From positions 16,122 to 80,121 of the forward strand of contig CAKRSS010000003.1 of NCBI GenBank assembly GCA_934401725.1: a DNA stretch of 64,000 nt, given 5' to 3'. Source of the DNA: an uncultured Eubacteriales bacterium. GTDB lineage: Bacteria > Bacillota > Clostridia > Oscillospirales > CAG-272. Under the pieces are notes generated by a model. The model worked only from the letters and a program-made list of their open reading frames with translations. It did no database searches and had not been told where the DNA came from. A program made the position numbers and the translations under genes. The first letter of the stretch is position 1; the number at the start of each line of letters is the position of its first letter. Positions 29,284 to 38,625 of this stretch are shown piece after piece.

Positions 29284-29718
29284 TCAACCAAGTATCTTAA
29301 CCTTTCCGATAATCGGCAAGCCGACCGTCTCGCCGCCGACGGCATGGACGATGCCGATGACCATAAATACCACCGTCACAAGATAGAGCGGCAGGCAGAT
29401 CGCAAGGCTGAATATCCAGCCGATGGGCGGAAGCACCCACAGTATCGTGCTGAAAATCGCAATCACAACCTCGCAGAGGAACAGCGTCAGTCCCTGATTG
29501 ACGTGGTAGCGGACGTATTCTGAATCAGCTCCGGCAAACAGCGGCACCAAAAACAGCAGTCCAAGGTAGGAAAAGATGGCCATCAGTCGCTCTTCAATCG
29601 CAACCCCTGCCCCGCTGACGTTGCTCTGCGCACCGTCAGTACCGAGCGCCGCACCACAGCGCGGACACACCTTCAGCGCGTCATCACAGTCAGCGCCGCA
29701 CTTCATACATCTGGACAT
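29284..29718 (-). CDS. Zinc-ribbon plus DUF4870-like small membrane protein
   Basis: The N-terminus has CxxC...CxxC (CMKCGADCDDALKVCPRCG), followed by 3-4 TM helices. A GGAGG RBS lies 8 nt before the ATG at 29718. The ORF-track start at 29733 is a TTG. Confidence 0.6.
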   Translation of the reverse strand: MSRCMKCGADCDDALKVCPRCGAALGTDGAQSNVSGAGVAIEERLMAIFSYLGLLFLVPLFAGADSEYVRYHVNQGLTLFLCEVVIAIFSTILWVLPPIGWIFSLAICLPLYLVTVVFMVIGIVHAVGGETVGLPIIGKVKILG

Positions 29719-29756
29719 TCGCATTACCTCCAAAACGTAAAAATGGTTGAATAAAC

Positions 29757-29786
29757 ACCTAACGGAGCCTCGCGGCTCCGTTAGGT
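29757..29786 (-). terminator. Hairpin between the MATE and zinc-ribbon genes (candidate terminator or 5' UTR structure)
   Basis: The sequence is acctaacggagcctcgcggctccgttaggt, with a stem of about 12 bp. The downstream U-tract on the minus strand is imperfect (gtttattc). Confidence 0.4.
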
Positions 29787-29936
29787 TGGCATAACCGCGG
29801 TCAACAGCTACGCCGAGGTGCGCGATAAGCTATGTGGAACTTATCACGGTAATATTTTAACATGACCTGACGCGCTTGTCAATCCCGATTTTGAATTTTA
29901 TTTCATTTGTTTTAGACTTTTTTCGGATCTGCTTTT

Positions 29937-31403
29937 TTATTCGGCAGAGCCCGAGACTTCGCAAGCCTCGCCGACCTCGCTCGTCTCGTCTGTCTCGGTC
30001 TCGCGCTCGGCTGCGTAGCCTTCCGCAGTGCCGCCGCTGCCGCCGTTTTTATGCCTGAGGTGCCGCAAAAACAGCGTCCAGCACAGCAGGTGCGCAATCG
30101 CTGTCATCGTCCATGAGAGGGGGTAGGAAAGGTACAGCACCGTCGTGGTCGGGAAGGCGGCGAAAACAGTGTATATCCACAGTATGCGGGAAGCGCAGGA
30201 GCCGACCAGCGACACGACCATAGGCGTTATCGAGCTGCCCATTCCACGCATCGCGCCGCAGCCGACCTCCATGAGTCCGCACAGCAGATACGGCCCGCCG
30301 ACGATGATAAGCCGCTTCATTCCGGACTCGATTGCGAGCTCGTTTCCCGGCGCGTAAAGCCACAGCAGTTCGCGTCCGAAAAGTATGGTTCCGGCGCCCA
30401 TGATAAAGCCGATGACAGTCACAAGCCCGTAGCACACGCCGACGATACGCGGCACTCTGTCGTACTTCTTAGCGCCGATGTTCTGACCGACAAAGGTCAG
30501 CGTCGCGTGGTAAACCGCGTTCATCGCGGTGTATATGAAGCTGTCAATGTTTGCGGCGGCCGTGTTGCCCGCCACAACGTAACGCTCAAAGCTGTTGACC
30601 GACGACTGAATAAGCACGTTCGACAGTGAGAATACGCAGCCCTGAAGTCCCGCAGGGATGCCGAAGCGCAGTATCTGAAGCAGTTTGTCGCCGTATATGT
30701 GCATCTTGCGGAGGCTGAGGTGCATACAGGTGTCTGTTCTCATCATGAATATGAGAATAAGTATCATGGAAAGCCATGTAGAGACTGCCGTCGCGATGCC
30801 GACGCCCAGCGCGCCCATGCCGAAGCCGAGCACGGTCAGAAGGTTGAGCGCGACGTTAACTAGTCCCGAGACCGAGAGGAATATCAGCGGGTGCGCCGTG
30901 TCGCCGGTCGAGCGAAGCATTGTAGCGCAGTAGTTATACACCATGCTCGCTGGCATACCGACCATGTAAGCGCGCATGTAGGGCGCGGCCTCGGCAAGCA
31001 CGCTCTCCTCGACACCCGTCCAGGTCAGCAGTGTCTCGGCGGCGAAAAATCCGAAGATCGAAACAATCACGCCGAGTATTGTCGCGGCGGGAACTGCCGT
31101 GTGCACCGTCTTGGACACCTCGTCGTAGCGACGCGCGCCGTAATTCTGCGCGACGCAGACGCCCGCGCCGACCGACAGACCCATAAACAACTGCACAATG
31201 AGGTTTATCAGCGCTCCGCAGGAGCCGACGGCCGCGAGCGCGGCCTCGCCGTCCGATGCCCAGCGCCCCGCCACAATGGTGTCGGCAGCGTTGTAAAGCA
31301 GCTGAAGTATTCCGGTCAGAATGAGCGGTACAGAATACGTGATTATTTTACCGAGAACTGGGCCCTCGGTAATGTCTCCCTTGATTCTTTTTGTTTTTGT
31401 CAT
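29937..31403 (-). CDS. MATE family efflux transporter
   Basis: There are about 12 TM helices. The N-terminus is typical of MATE proteins (GPVLGKIITYSVPLILTGILQLLYNAADTIVAGRW ... GLSVGAGVCVAQNYGA). Confidence 0.85.
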   Translation of the reverse strand: MTKTKRIKGDITEGPVLGKIITYSVPLILTGILQLLYNAADTIVAGRWASDGEAALAAVGSCGALINLIVQLFMGLSVGAGVCVAQNYGARRYDEVSKTVHTAVPAATILGVIVSIFGFFAAETLLTWTGVEESVLAEAAPYMRAYMVGMPASMVYNYCATMLRSTGDTAHPLIFLSVSGLVNVALNLLTVLGFGMGALGVGIATAVSTWLSMILILIFMMRTDTCMHLSLRKMHIYGDKLLQILRFGIPAGLQGCVFSLSNVLIQSSVNSFERYVVAGNTAAANIDSFIYTAMNAVYHATLTFVGQNIGAKKYDRVPRIVGVCYGLVTVIGFIMGAGTILFGRELLWLYAPGNELAIESGMKRLIIVGGPYLLCGLMEVGCGAMRGMGSSITPMVVSLVGSCASRILWIYTVFAAFPTTTVLYLSYPLSWTMTAIAHLLCWTLFLRHLRHKNGGSGGTAEGYAAERETETDETSEVGEACEVSGSAE

Positions 31404-31602
31404 TTCAAATTCACTACATCCTAATTATATTACGGAAATACGTTGATTATAGCATATTCACATCAGACTGTCAATCATCCTGCCGAATAAACCTTGTTTT
31501 ACACAAAAATACGATGCTCGGTTGTACCTTTTTGTACACTTGCGATACGGCAAAATTTTTCCACCAAACTGCGGGATATTTAAGGTTTCTCTTAGGTTTG
31601 GT

Positions 31603-31611
31603 TGCTATAAT
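31603..31611 (+). promoter_or_regulatory. Extended minus-10 promoter element (TGcTATAAT) upstream of the VTC operon
   Basis: The sequence ttgctataat lies 32 nt upstream of the ATG at 31643. No good minus-35 element was seen. Confidence 0.4.
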
Positions 31612-31642
31612 ACAGACACAGAAGCGAAAGGAGCTACCCACC

Positions 31643-32365
31643 ATGAGCAACTTCAAGCAAAAATTCGAGCGGCTCGAGCAGAAATACCTGCTGACCGCTA
31701 TGCAGCTGGCGTCACTCAGACTAACTGTTGACCAGCACTTCGTCCCGGATGCCTACGGCGAGAGCCGCATATGCAACATATACTACGACACCCCCGACTT
31801 CCGGCTCATAAGGCAGTCCATCGACAAGCCGGAGTACAAGGAAAAGCTGCGGCTGCGCACCTACGGTATTCCCCGCCCCGACTCGACCGCCTTCGCCGAG
31901 ATAAAAAAGAAGTACCGCGGCGTCGTCTACAAGCGGCGCATAAGCATGAGCTACGCCGAAGCGCTCGCCTACCTCGGCGGCGCGGCGCCGGCTCCCGAGC
32001 CGTCGCAGATCTCGAATGAAATCGACTGGATGTTCCGGGTCTACCCCGGTCTGCGTCCCGCGATGCTGATAGCCTACGACCGCACCGCCCTCTTCTCTCG
32101 CGACGACCCCGAGCTGCGCGTCACCTTCGACAAAAACATCACCTGGCGCACCGACATGCTCGACCTCGCCACCGGAACCGACGGCAGCCGCCTGCTTCCC
32201 GACAGGCTGTGTCTGATGGAGCTCAAGCTGCCGGGCGCAATGCCGCTGTGGCTCTCACACCGGCTCGACGAGCTCGGCATTTACCCGGTCTCGTTTTCAA
32301 AGTACGGCGAGGCGTACACCGAGATGACCGGAGGTCATCGACGCCCGGCTGTTCTGACGGCGTAA
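31643..32365 (+). CDS. VTC domain (polyphosphate polymerase / triphosphate-tunnel) protein
   Basis: The basic beta-strand pattern is typical of the VTC/CYTH tunnel (ERLEQKYLL, KEKLRLRTY, AEIKKKYRGVVYKRR, RVTFDKN, LMELKL). An AAAGGAG RBS lies upstream. The ORF-track start at 31391 is an unlikely AT-rich leader. Confidence 0.8.
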   Translation: MSNFKQKFERLEQKYLLTAMQLASLRLTVDQHFVPDAYGESRICNIYYDTPDFRLIRQSIDKPEYKEKLRLRTYGIPRPDSTAFAEIKKKYRGVVYKRRISMSYAEALAYLGGAAPAPEPSQISNEIDWMFRVYPGLRPAMLIAYDRTALFSRDDPELRVTFDKNITWRTDMLDLATGTDGSRLLPDRLCLMELKLPGAMPLWLSHRLDELGIYPVSFSKYGEAYTEMTGGHRRPAVLTA

Positions 32366-32415
32366 GGCCGAAATACAATCACAAAATAAAAATCAGCAAA
32401 GGAAGGTATACTATA

Positions 32416-33084
32416 ATGTTTGAATCTGTGATCAGCGGCGGCATAACGGCTGCCGGATTTGCGATATGCACCGCGGCGTCGGTAATTCTCGGGCTGGGAC
32501 TGGCGCTGGTCTATATGTTCCGAAATAAGCGCTACTCCTCCGGCTTCGTCGTCACGCTGGCGATGCTGCCGGTGATGGTGCAGGTGGTGATCGCCATGGT
32601 CAACGGCAACATCGGCGTCGGCGTTGCGGTGGCAGGGGCGTTCAGCCTCGTACGCTTCCGCTCGGCGGCGGGCAGTGCGCGGGAGATAGGCGCGGTGTTC
32701 GCCTGCATGGCCATCGGACTTGCGACCGGCATGGGATACGTCGGCGTGGCGGCAATATTCACCGTCATCGTCGTGCTGCTGCTCATGCTCTACACCGCCG
32801 TCCGCTTCGGCGAGACGCGCGCCGACGAGAAAACGCTCAAGCTCACCATTCCCGAAAGCCTCAACTACACCGGCGTCTTTGACGACCTTTTCGGGAAGTA
32901 CACCAGCGCGCACCGTCTCGAGAAGGTGCGCACAACCGGCATGGGCAGCCTCTATCAGCTGACCTACCGCATAACCCTGCGCACTCCGACAGCGGAAAAG
33001 GAGTTCATCGACCAGCTCCGCTGCCGCAACGGCAACCTTGAAATAAGCCTCGGACGGCTCGATAACGACCGTGAGGAGCTTTGA
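32416..33084 (+). CDS. DUF4956 domain membrane protein
   Basis: There are about 4 TM helices, with the conserved AFSLVRFRSAAGSAREI motif. A soluble C-terminal domain follows. Confidence 0.7.
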   Translation: MFESVISGGITAAGFAICTAASVILGLGLALVYMFRNKRYSSGFVVTLAMLPVMVQVVIAMVNGNIGVGVAVAGAFSLVRFRSAAGSAREIGAVFACMAIGLATGMGYVGVAAIFTVIVVLLLMLYTAVRFGETRADEKTLKLTIPESLNYTGVFDDLFGKYTSAHRLEKVRTTGMGSLYQLTYRITLRTPTAEKEFIDQLRCRNGNLEISLGRLDNDREEL

Positions 33085-33112
33085 CATTCCTGCTTTTTAG
33101 GAGGTAAATATC

Positions 33113-35122
33113 ATGAAAAACCTTGACAAACTGAAATACTCGATTTCCGCAATCATATGCGCCGCCATGATGAGCGCGACGCTCGCGGGCTGCGACTCTA
33201 CGCTCTCCGGCGGCCAGAACGACTCGGACGGCCCGAACGGCGGCTCCGTCATTACCGACGCGAACGGCAACCGGCTTGACATCTCGCCCGTCACGCTGCC
33301 CGAGACGCCGAGCGTCACCGACGCGGTCGCGGGCGAGACCGTCACCGCCGACACCGACGGCTCGATAACGCTTGCCGACAGCGGCATCACCGTCACGGGC
33401 ACGGGACTCACGGCCGACGGCGCCACAGTTACAATAAGCGCAGCGGGCACCTACACCGTCAGCGGCAAGCTGAGCAACGGCCAGATCATCGTCAACACCG
33501 AGGACACCGAAAAGGTCAAGCTGATATTCAACGGCGTCGACATTCACTGCGATAACAGCGCGGCCGTCTACGTTGTGAACGCGTCCAAAAAGGTGATAAT
33601 CTACACGCAGAAGGGCTCTGTCAACCTCGTCAGCGACGGCGAGACGCGCGCCGACGGCGACGACGTCCCGACCGCCGCGATATACAGCCACGACGACTTA
33701 AAGCTCGACGGCGAGGGCGAGCTTTACGTCACGGGCAGCTACGGCAAGGGCATTATGAGCAAGGACGACATCGAAATCTGCGGCGGAACAATCTACGTCA
33801 CCGCAGTCGACGACGGCATACGCGGCAAGGATTCAGTTGAAATGACGGGCGGCTACGTCGTCATCGACGCCGGGGCCGATGGGCTGCGCTCGAGCAACGA
33901 CAGCGAAGCGGCCAAGGGATACATCACCGTCTCGGACGGCGAGCTGTATATCAAGGCCGCGCAGGACGGCATCCAGGCCGAGACGACGCTGACCGTCAGC
34001 GGCGGCAAAATAAGCGTTGTGAGCGGCGGCGGTTCGGCCAACGCCTCGACGGATAAGGGCGGCGGCCCCGGCGGAGATTTTCCGGGCGGCGGCAGCTTCC
34101 CAGGAGGCAACTTCCCCGGCGGAGACGGGAACTTCCCCGGTGGTGACGGCAACGGTGGCGGACGACCCGGCGGTAACGGGGGGAACGGCGGTAACGGCGG
34201 CGGACGACCCGGTAACAACGGCTCGAACATGTCCTCCGAAGGCAGCGTCGCGGATATTTCGGATCTTGTAGCCATAGGTTTTGCGACCGCAGGCTCCGGC
34301 ACGTCGACGTCGGCATTGGCTTCGACGTCAACGTCAGCATCGACCACGGACGATGCCAGCACCAAGGGGCTCAAGGCCGGTGTGGCCGTCATCATAAGCG
34401 ACGGCGAGATCACCGTTGACTCGGCCGACGACGCCGTCCACTCGAACGACTCGGCCACCATAAGCGGCGGCATGCTCACCCTCTCAACCGGCGGCGACGG
34501 CATCCACGCCGACGCCACGCTGACCGTCAGCGGCGGCAGCATCACCGTCACGGGGAGCTACGAGGGCCTCGAGGCGCTGACGCTCAACATCGAGGGCGGC
34601 GTCATAAACGTCACGGCATCGGACGACGGGCTGAACGCCGCAGGCGGCACGACGTCCTCCGGCCGGGGGCGTCCCGGCGGCGGTAACGCCTCCGACTCGA
34701 GCGGGCTGATAAACATCACCGGCGGCACCGTCACGGTAAACGCAGGCGGCGACGGCATCGACTCCAACGGCAACATCCGCATGAGCGGCGGCACGGTCAT
34801 AGTCTACGGCCCGACCGACAACGGCAACGGCGCGCTCGACTTCGACGGCAGCTTCACCATGAGCGGCGGAACGCTGCTTGCCGTCGGCAGCTCGGGCATG
34901 GCGCAAAAGCCGACCGGCAGCGGCAACGTCCGCGTGCTGTCAGCCAACGTTTCGATAAACGCGGGCAGCACCGTCAGCATCACGGACGAGTCCGGGAACG
35001 TCGTGACAAGCTTCACCGCGCCCAAGCGCATAGCGTCGGTCATATATGCGGCCGCGGGGCTTGACGGCAGCTACAACATCGTCGTCAACGGCTCGCAGGC
35101 GGCAACCGTCAAGGCAAGCTGA
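33113..35122 (+). CDS. Cthe_2159-like carbohydrate-binding beta-helix lipoprotein with an internal G/P/N-rich linker
   Basis: A perfect LAGC lipobox is present. The family pattern is ITVTGTGLTADGATVTISAAGTYTVSGKLSNGQIIVNTEDTEKVKLIFNGVDIHCDNSAAVYV. DGI/DGL beta-helix rungs repeat along the protein. The low-complexity stretch is GGGPGGDFPGGGSFPGGNFPGGDGNFPGGDGNGGGRPGGNGGNGGNGGGRPG. Confidence 0.7.
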   Translation: MKNLDKLKYSISAIICAAMMSATLAGCDSTLSGGQNDSDGPNGGSVITDANGNRLDISPVTLPETPSVTDAVAGETVTADTDGSITLADSGITVTGTGLTADGATVTISAAGTYTVSGKLSNGQIIVNTEDTEKVKLIFNGVDIHCDNSAAVYVVNASKKVIIYTQKGSVNLVSDGETRADGDDVPTAAIYSHDDLKLDGEGELYVTGSYGKGIMSKDDIEICGGTIYVTAVDDGIRGKDSVEMTGGYVVIDAGADGLRSSNDSEAAKGYITVSDGELYIKAAQDGIQAETTLTVSGGKISVVSGGGSANASTDKGGGPGGDFPGGGSFPGGNFPGGDGNFPGGDGNGGGRPGGNGGNGGNGGGRPGNNGSNMSSEGSVADISDLVAIGFATAGSGTSTSALASTSTSASTTDDASTKGLKAGVAVIISDGEITVDSADDAVHSNDSATISGGMLTLSTGGDGIHADATLTVSGGSITVTGSYEGLEALTLNIEGGVINVTASDDGLNAAGGTTSSGRGRPGGGNASDSSGLINITGGTVTVNAGGDGIDSNGNIRMSGGTVIVYGPTDNGNGALDFDGSFTMSGGTLLAVGSSGMAQKPTGSGNVRVLSANVSINAGSTVSITDESGNVVTSFTAPKRIASVIYAAAGLDGSYNIVVNGSQAATVKAS

Positions 35123-35139
35123 CTCCGGAGCATAATACG

Positions 35140-35171
35140 GGGCACTTCCACACTGTGGAAGCGCCCTTTTT
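35140..35171 (+). terminator. Rho-independent terminator after the beta-helix lipoprotein gene
   Basis: The sequence gggcacttccacactgtggaagcgccc forms a 12-bp stem with 1 mismatch. It is followed by TTTTT. Confidence 0.8.
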
Positions 35172-35193
35172 GCGTCTATTTCGCAACAGTCTA

Positions 35194-35222
35194 TTGCTAT
35201 TTCGCGGGGCATGTGCTATAAT
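35194..35222 (+). promoter_or_regulatory. Sigma-70-type promoter of the SecB-like operon
   Basis: TTGCTA (35194-35199) is followed by a 17-nt spacer and then TATAAT (35217-35222), preceded by an extended TG. Confidence 0.6.
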
Positions 35223-35265
35223 AATATATGAAGTATTGTACAAATAACACAAAGGAGTCATAAAG

Positions 35266-35673
35266 ATGTCGGCCACCATAACATTGCGCGGATATACGGT
35301 ATACGAGTTCTCGTTCGCCAACAAGCTGCCGAACGGAGCGCAGATTAAGCTCGGAAATCAGTACAACTACAACGTAAAATACGCGCAGAACAACACCTGC
35401 ATAGGTGAGATGAATATAAACGTCTACGATCAGGATAAAAAGGACGCGTTTTTCGTCAAGCTGTCGCTGCGCGGGGTGTTTACCTTCGACCCCGGCGCCG
35501 AAAAGGAGCGCATACACGTCGACAGCTACAAAACGCTGTTCCCCTACGCCCGCGCCATCATCACAACACTGACTGCGAACTTCGGCATCCCGCCCATCAT
35601 GATACCAGAGGCGGACATTGAGTCGCAGAGCATATACCGTTTTGACCTCGGCGGCAAGCCGAAGAATGAGTAA
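35266..35673 (+). CDS. SecB-like protein-export chaperone family protein
   Basis: Three segments align by eye with E. coli SecB. ITLRGYTVYEFSFA matches FQIQRIYTKDISFE. FFVKLSLRGVFTFD matches FLCEVQQAGIFSI. TLFPYARAIITTLTANFGIPPIMIP matches [26 protein letters not shown]. The RBS is AAAGGAG. Confidence 0.65.
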   Translation: MSATITLRGYTVYEFSFANKLPNGAQIKLGNQYNYNVKYAQNNTCIGEMNINVYDQDKKDAFFVKLSLRGVFTFDPGAEKERIHVDSYKTLFPYARAIITTLTANFGIPPIMIPEADIESQSIYRFDLGGKPKNE

Positions 35674-35683
35674 GGAGGATATC

Positions 35684-37003
35684 ATGAACAAAAAATTACT
35701 TATCCGCATACTCGCCGCGGGAATGCTCGCTACGACGCTGGTCTCATGCGCACGCAGCGAGGATGAGCCGAAGGACACCACCACGCCGCTCGCCGCCGAG
35801 TCGACGCTCGAGACCACGACCGGCACGCCCGAGACCGAAGCGCCGACAACGCTCGACATTGTCGCGAACGGCAAAACCGACTTCGTCATTCTGCGTCCGG
35901 ACAAGGCCGGGGAGCTCGTCGTGAGCGCTGCGGTGAAAATGCGGCAGGCAATTTCGGCCAGGACGGGTGTCGACGTCGGCATCGTGACCGACTGGATACG
36001 TCGCGGCGAGACCGCCGACCAGACAAAGGCTGAAATAATCATCGGAACCTGTGCGCGCGACGTCACAAGCGGCCTTGCCGACGAGCTCGAGGATCGCAGC
36101 TTTGTCATCACGGTCGAGGGCAACAAGCTGGTAATCTGCGGCAAGACCGAAAAGCTGACGCTTCAGGGCGTTGAATATTTCATCGAGCACTACCTGACCG
36201 ACGACTACGCAACCTCTTCCTCGCTTTCCCTTCCCCTCACGCTCAACGACACGCAAACCAACGTAAAGTTCGATATGACACAGCTTATAAACCCGACCGA
36301 CTCCTACACCACCACGCAGACCAAGCTGTTCGACATTGCCAACGTCGACGGCTACAAAATCATGCAGGGCGGCTGCACGGACGGCAAATACCTCTACATG
36401 GCCATGGAAAATCAGTCCTTCGCCAGCGACAACCACCACAGCTACATATACAAATACGACCTCGCCACCATGAAGGAGGTCGCGCGCAGCGAGGCGCTCC
36501 AGCTTGACCACAGCAACGACATCTGCTACAACCCCGACACAGGGCTGCTCGTCGTCGTGCACAACGCGCCCAAACGCAACAAAATTTCCTTTGTCGACCC
36601 CGAGACGCTGACGGTCACGGACACCAAGATAATAGGCTTTGAGATTTTCTCGATTTCCTATTGCCAGGAGCGCCGGCAGTACGTCATAGGGCTCAGCCAC
36701 GGGCAGAACTTCGCCATTCTTGACACCGAGTTCAAGCGCGTGAAGCTGTGCACGGTCAGCTCCACCGGCTACACCACGCAAGGCATGGAGTGCGACAACG
36801 ATTTCATCTACTTCATTCAGTACAACAAAAACGTCGTCGTCATTTACGACTGGAACGGCAAGCGCGTCACCATTGTCGACGTGACGATCCCCAGCGGTGA
36901 ACCCGAGAACATCTGCCTTGTCGACGACGTGTTCTACGTCGGTTGCAACAACGCAAAATGGACCGGCGGCGTCGTTTACGAGATGCGCATAGTCAAGGAC
37001 TGA
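35684..37003 (+). CDS. Lipoprotein with a shared N-terminal alpha/beta module and a C-terminal beta-propeller-like repeat region
   Basis: The lipobox is LVSC. An AAGGAGG RBS lies upstream, and the start is 11 nt after the SecB-like stop. The N-terminal module is homologous to those of the genes at 11288 and 39816. Confidence 0.6.
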   Translation: MNKKLLIRILAAGMLATTLVSCARSEDEPKDTTTPLAAESTLETTTGTPETEAPTTLDIVANGKTDFVILRPDKAGELVVSAAVKMRQAISARTGVDVGIVTDWIRRGETADQTKAEIIIGTCARDVTSGLADELEDRSFVITVEGNKLVICGKTEKLTLQGVEYFIEHYLTDDYATSSSLSLPLTLNDTQTNVKFDMTQLINPTDSYTTTQTKLFDIANVDGYKIMQGGCTDGKYLYMAMENQSFASDNHHSYIYKYDLATMKEVARSEALQLDHSNDICYNPDTGLLVVVHNAPKRNKISFVDPETLTVTDTKIIGFEIFSISYCQERRQYVIGLSHGQNFAILDTEFKRVKLCTVSSTGYTTQGMECDNDFIYFIQYNKNVVVIYDWNGKRVTIVDVTIPSGEPENICLVDDVFYVGCNNAKWTGGVVYEMRIVKD

Positions 37004-37071
37004 CACGCGTCACAAATCAATAAATCCAATAGCAAAAAATAAATATTTTATCAAGAAAGGACACGTCGCGC

Positions 37072-38625
37072 ATGAAAACCACAACACGCATTCTCACCTG
37101 TCTTGTTGCACTGCTTATGTTCGTCTCGCTCTTTGCGGCCTGCACGACCAATCCCGAGAACCCGTCCGACACGACGACGCCGGATCAGCAGAGCGGCAAC
37201 AATCCATCCTCGCAGAATCCGGGGGGCGACACCTCCGAAAACACTCCCGGCACCAGCGCCGAGCCGACCGAGCAGGAGCTCAACGTCCCGACCATCGGCA
37301 ACACCTACTCCGGCTACACCTACAACATACTCGCCACCACAAACAAGATGGGCGACTCCGACCTCTACTACACCTCCTTTGACAGCATATCCGGCTCGGC
37401 TGTCAGCGACGCGCTCTACAACCGCGCGCTGCTCATGAAGGACCGGTACGGCGTTGACGTTGTCGTCAACATTCCCAACTCTCCCAAGGACACGCTGACC
37501 AACACCATCGCCTCCGGCGACTATGTATGCGACATCGCCATGCTGTCCGGCCGCGACTCCTTCTCGGTCGCGCTCATGGGCTACCTCATCGACCTCAACT
37601 CACTCGACGAGCTCAATCTCTCGGCGAGCTACTGGGATCAGCGCATTCAGAAGGAATACGCCGTCGGCGAAAAGCTGTTCTTTCTCGAGGGCGACTACAC
37701 CATTCTCGACGAGCTGCGCACCTACGTCTGCGTCTACAATGACAACCTCTACCGTAACCTCGGCTTCTATGATAAATACGGCTCGCCCTACGAGATGGTC
37801 TCGACCGGCAAGTGGACCATGGATCGCATGATTGAGATGACCGCAGGCATGTACGAGGATGTCAACAGCAACGGTATCCGCGACGAGGACGACAAATACG
37901 GCATGGTCGGCGAGCTGACCTGCGCCTACTACTTCTTCCTCGGCGCAGGCAAGCAGACCATTGTCAACACCAACGGTCAGCCCACGCTGGTCATCGACGA
38001 CAGCTCCTCCTACTCCGCTATCTACGACGTAATTTCCAAGACCATGGGCATGGCCATCTCCGACGAGGTGCTTCTGCCTCAGCTGCTTCAGACCTCCGAC
38101 GTCTGGGGCGCAGCCTCCAAGGTGTTTGAGGAAGACCGCGCACTCTTCCGATCCACCGCGCTCAGCGCCGTGACAAGGCTTGTCAACATGTCCAGCGACT
38201 ACGGCATTCTGCCCATCCCAGCCTACGCCGAAAACCAGGACGGCTATTACTGCTGGGTCAGCGGCGTCAACCACTGCCCGCTCACCATTCCCACGACGGT
38301 AAAGGACTCTTCACGCACCGCCGCGCTGACCGAGGCGCTCTGCTACCACTCGCGCTACGGCTCCGACACTCTTTACGACGCGTTCTATGAGGTCATGAAG
38401 ATTTCCAAGCTGTGCCGTCAGCCTGACGACGTCGCTATGCTTGACCTCGTGTTCAACTCCAAGACCTTCGACTTTGACTACACCGCCCAGATCACCGGTA
38501 TTGAGCCCAGCCTCTACTCCATCGCAAAAACCCGCGACATGACCTCGCTCAACTCCGCCATCAACGGTCTCAAGCGCGCTGCCGGCGCAACGCTTACCCG
38601 CTTCTTAAAGCAGATAAACAAGTAA
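37072..38625 (+). CDS. Extracellular solute-binding-protein-like lipoprotein (orphan, with no adjacent permease genes)
   Basis: The lipobox is LFAAC. The pattern is typical of family-1 SBP lipoproteins (SYWDQ, GKWTMDRMIEM, DVNSNGIRDEDDKYG). Confidence 0.5.
   Translation: MKTTTRILTCLVALLMFVSLFAACTTNPENPSDTTTPDQQSGNNPSSQNPGGDTSENTPGTSAEPTEQELNVPTIGNTYSGYTYNILATTNKMGDSDLYYTSFDSISGSAVSDALYNRALLMKDRYGVDVVVNIPNSPKDTLTNTIASGDYVCDIAMLSGRDSFSVALMGYLIDLNSLDELNLSASYWDQRIQKEYAVGEKLFFLEGDYTILDELRTYVCVYNDNLYRNLGFYDKYGSPYEMVSTGKWTMDRMIEMTAGMYEDVNSNGIRDEDDKYGMVGELTCAYYFFLGAGKQTIVNTNGQPTLVIDDSSSYSAIYDVISKTMGMAISDEVLLPQLLQTSDVWGAASKVFEEDRALFRSTALSAVTRLVNMSSDYGILPIPAYAENQDGYYCWVSGVNHCPLTIPTTVKDSSRTAALTEALCYHSRYGSDTLYDAFYEVMKISKLCRQPDDVAMLDLVFNSKTFDFDYTAQITGIEPSLYSIAKTRDMTSLNSAINGLKRAAGATLTRFLKQINK

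Noticed and set aside
35266-35673. Interpreting the SecB-like gene as part of a toxin-antitoxin-chaperone (TAC) module.
   Set aside because: - No small HigB/HigA-, MqsR- or HicA-like ORFs lie adjacent.
- Upstream is a terminator and a promoter.
- Downstream is a lipoprotein gene 11 nt away.
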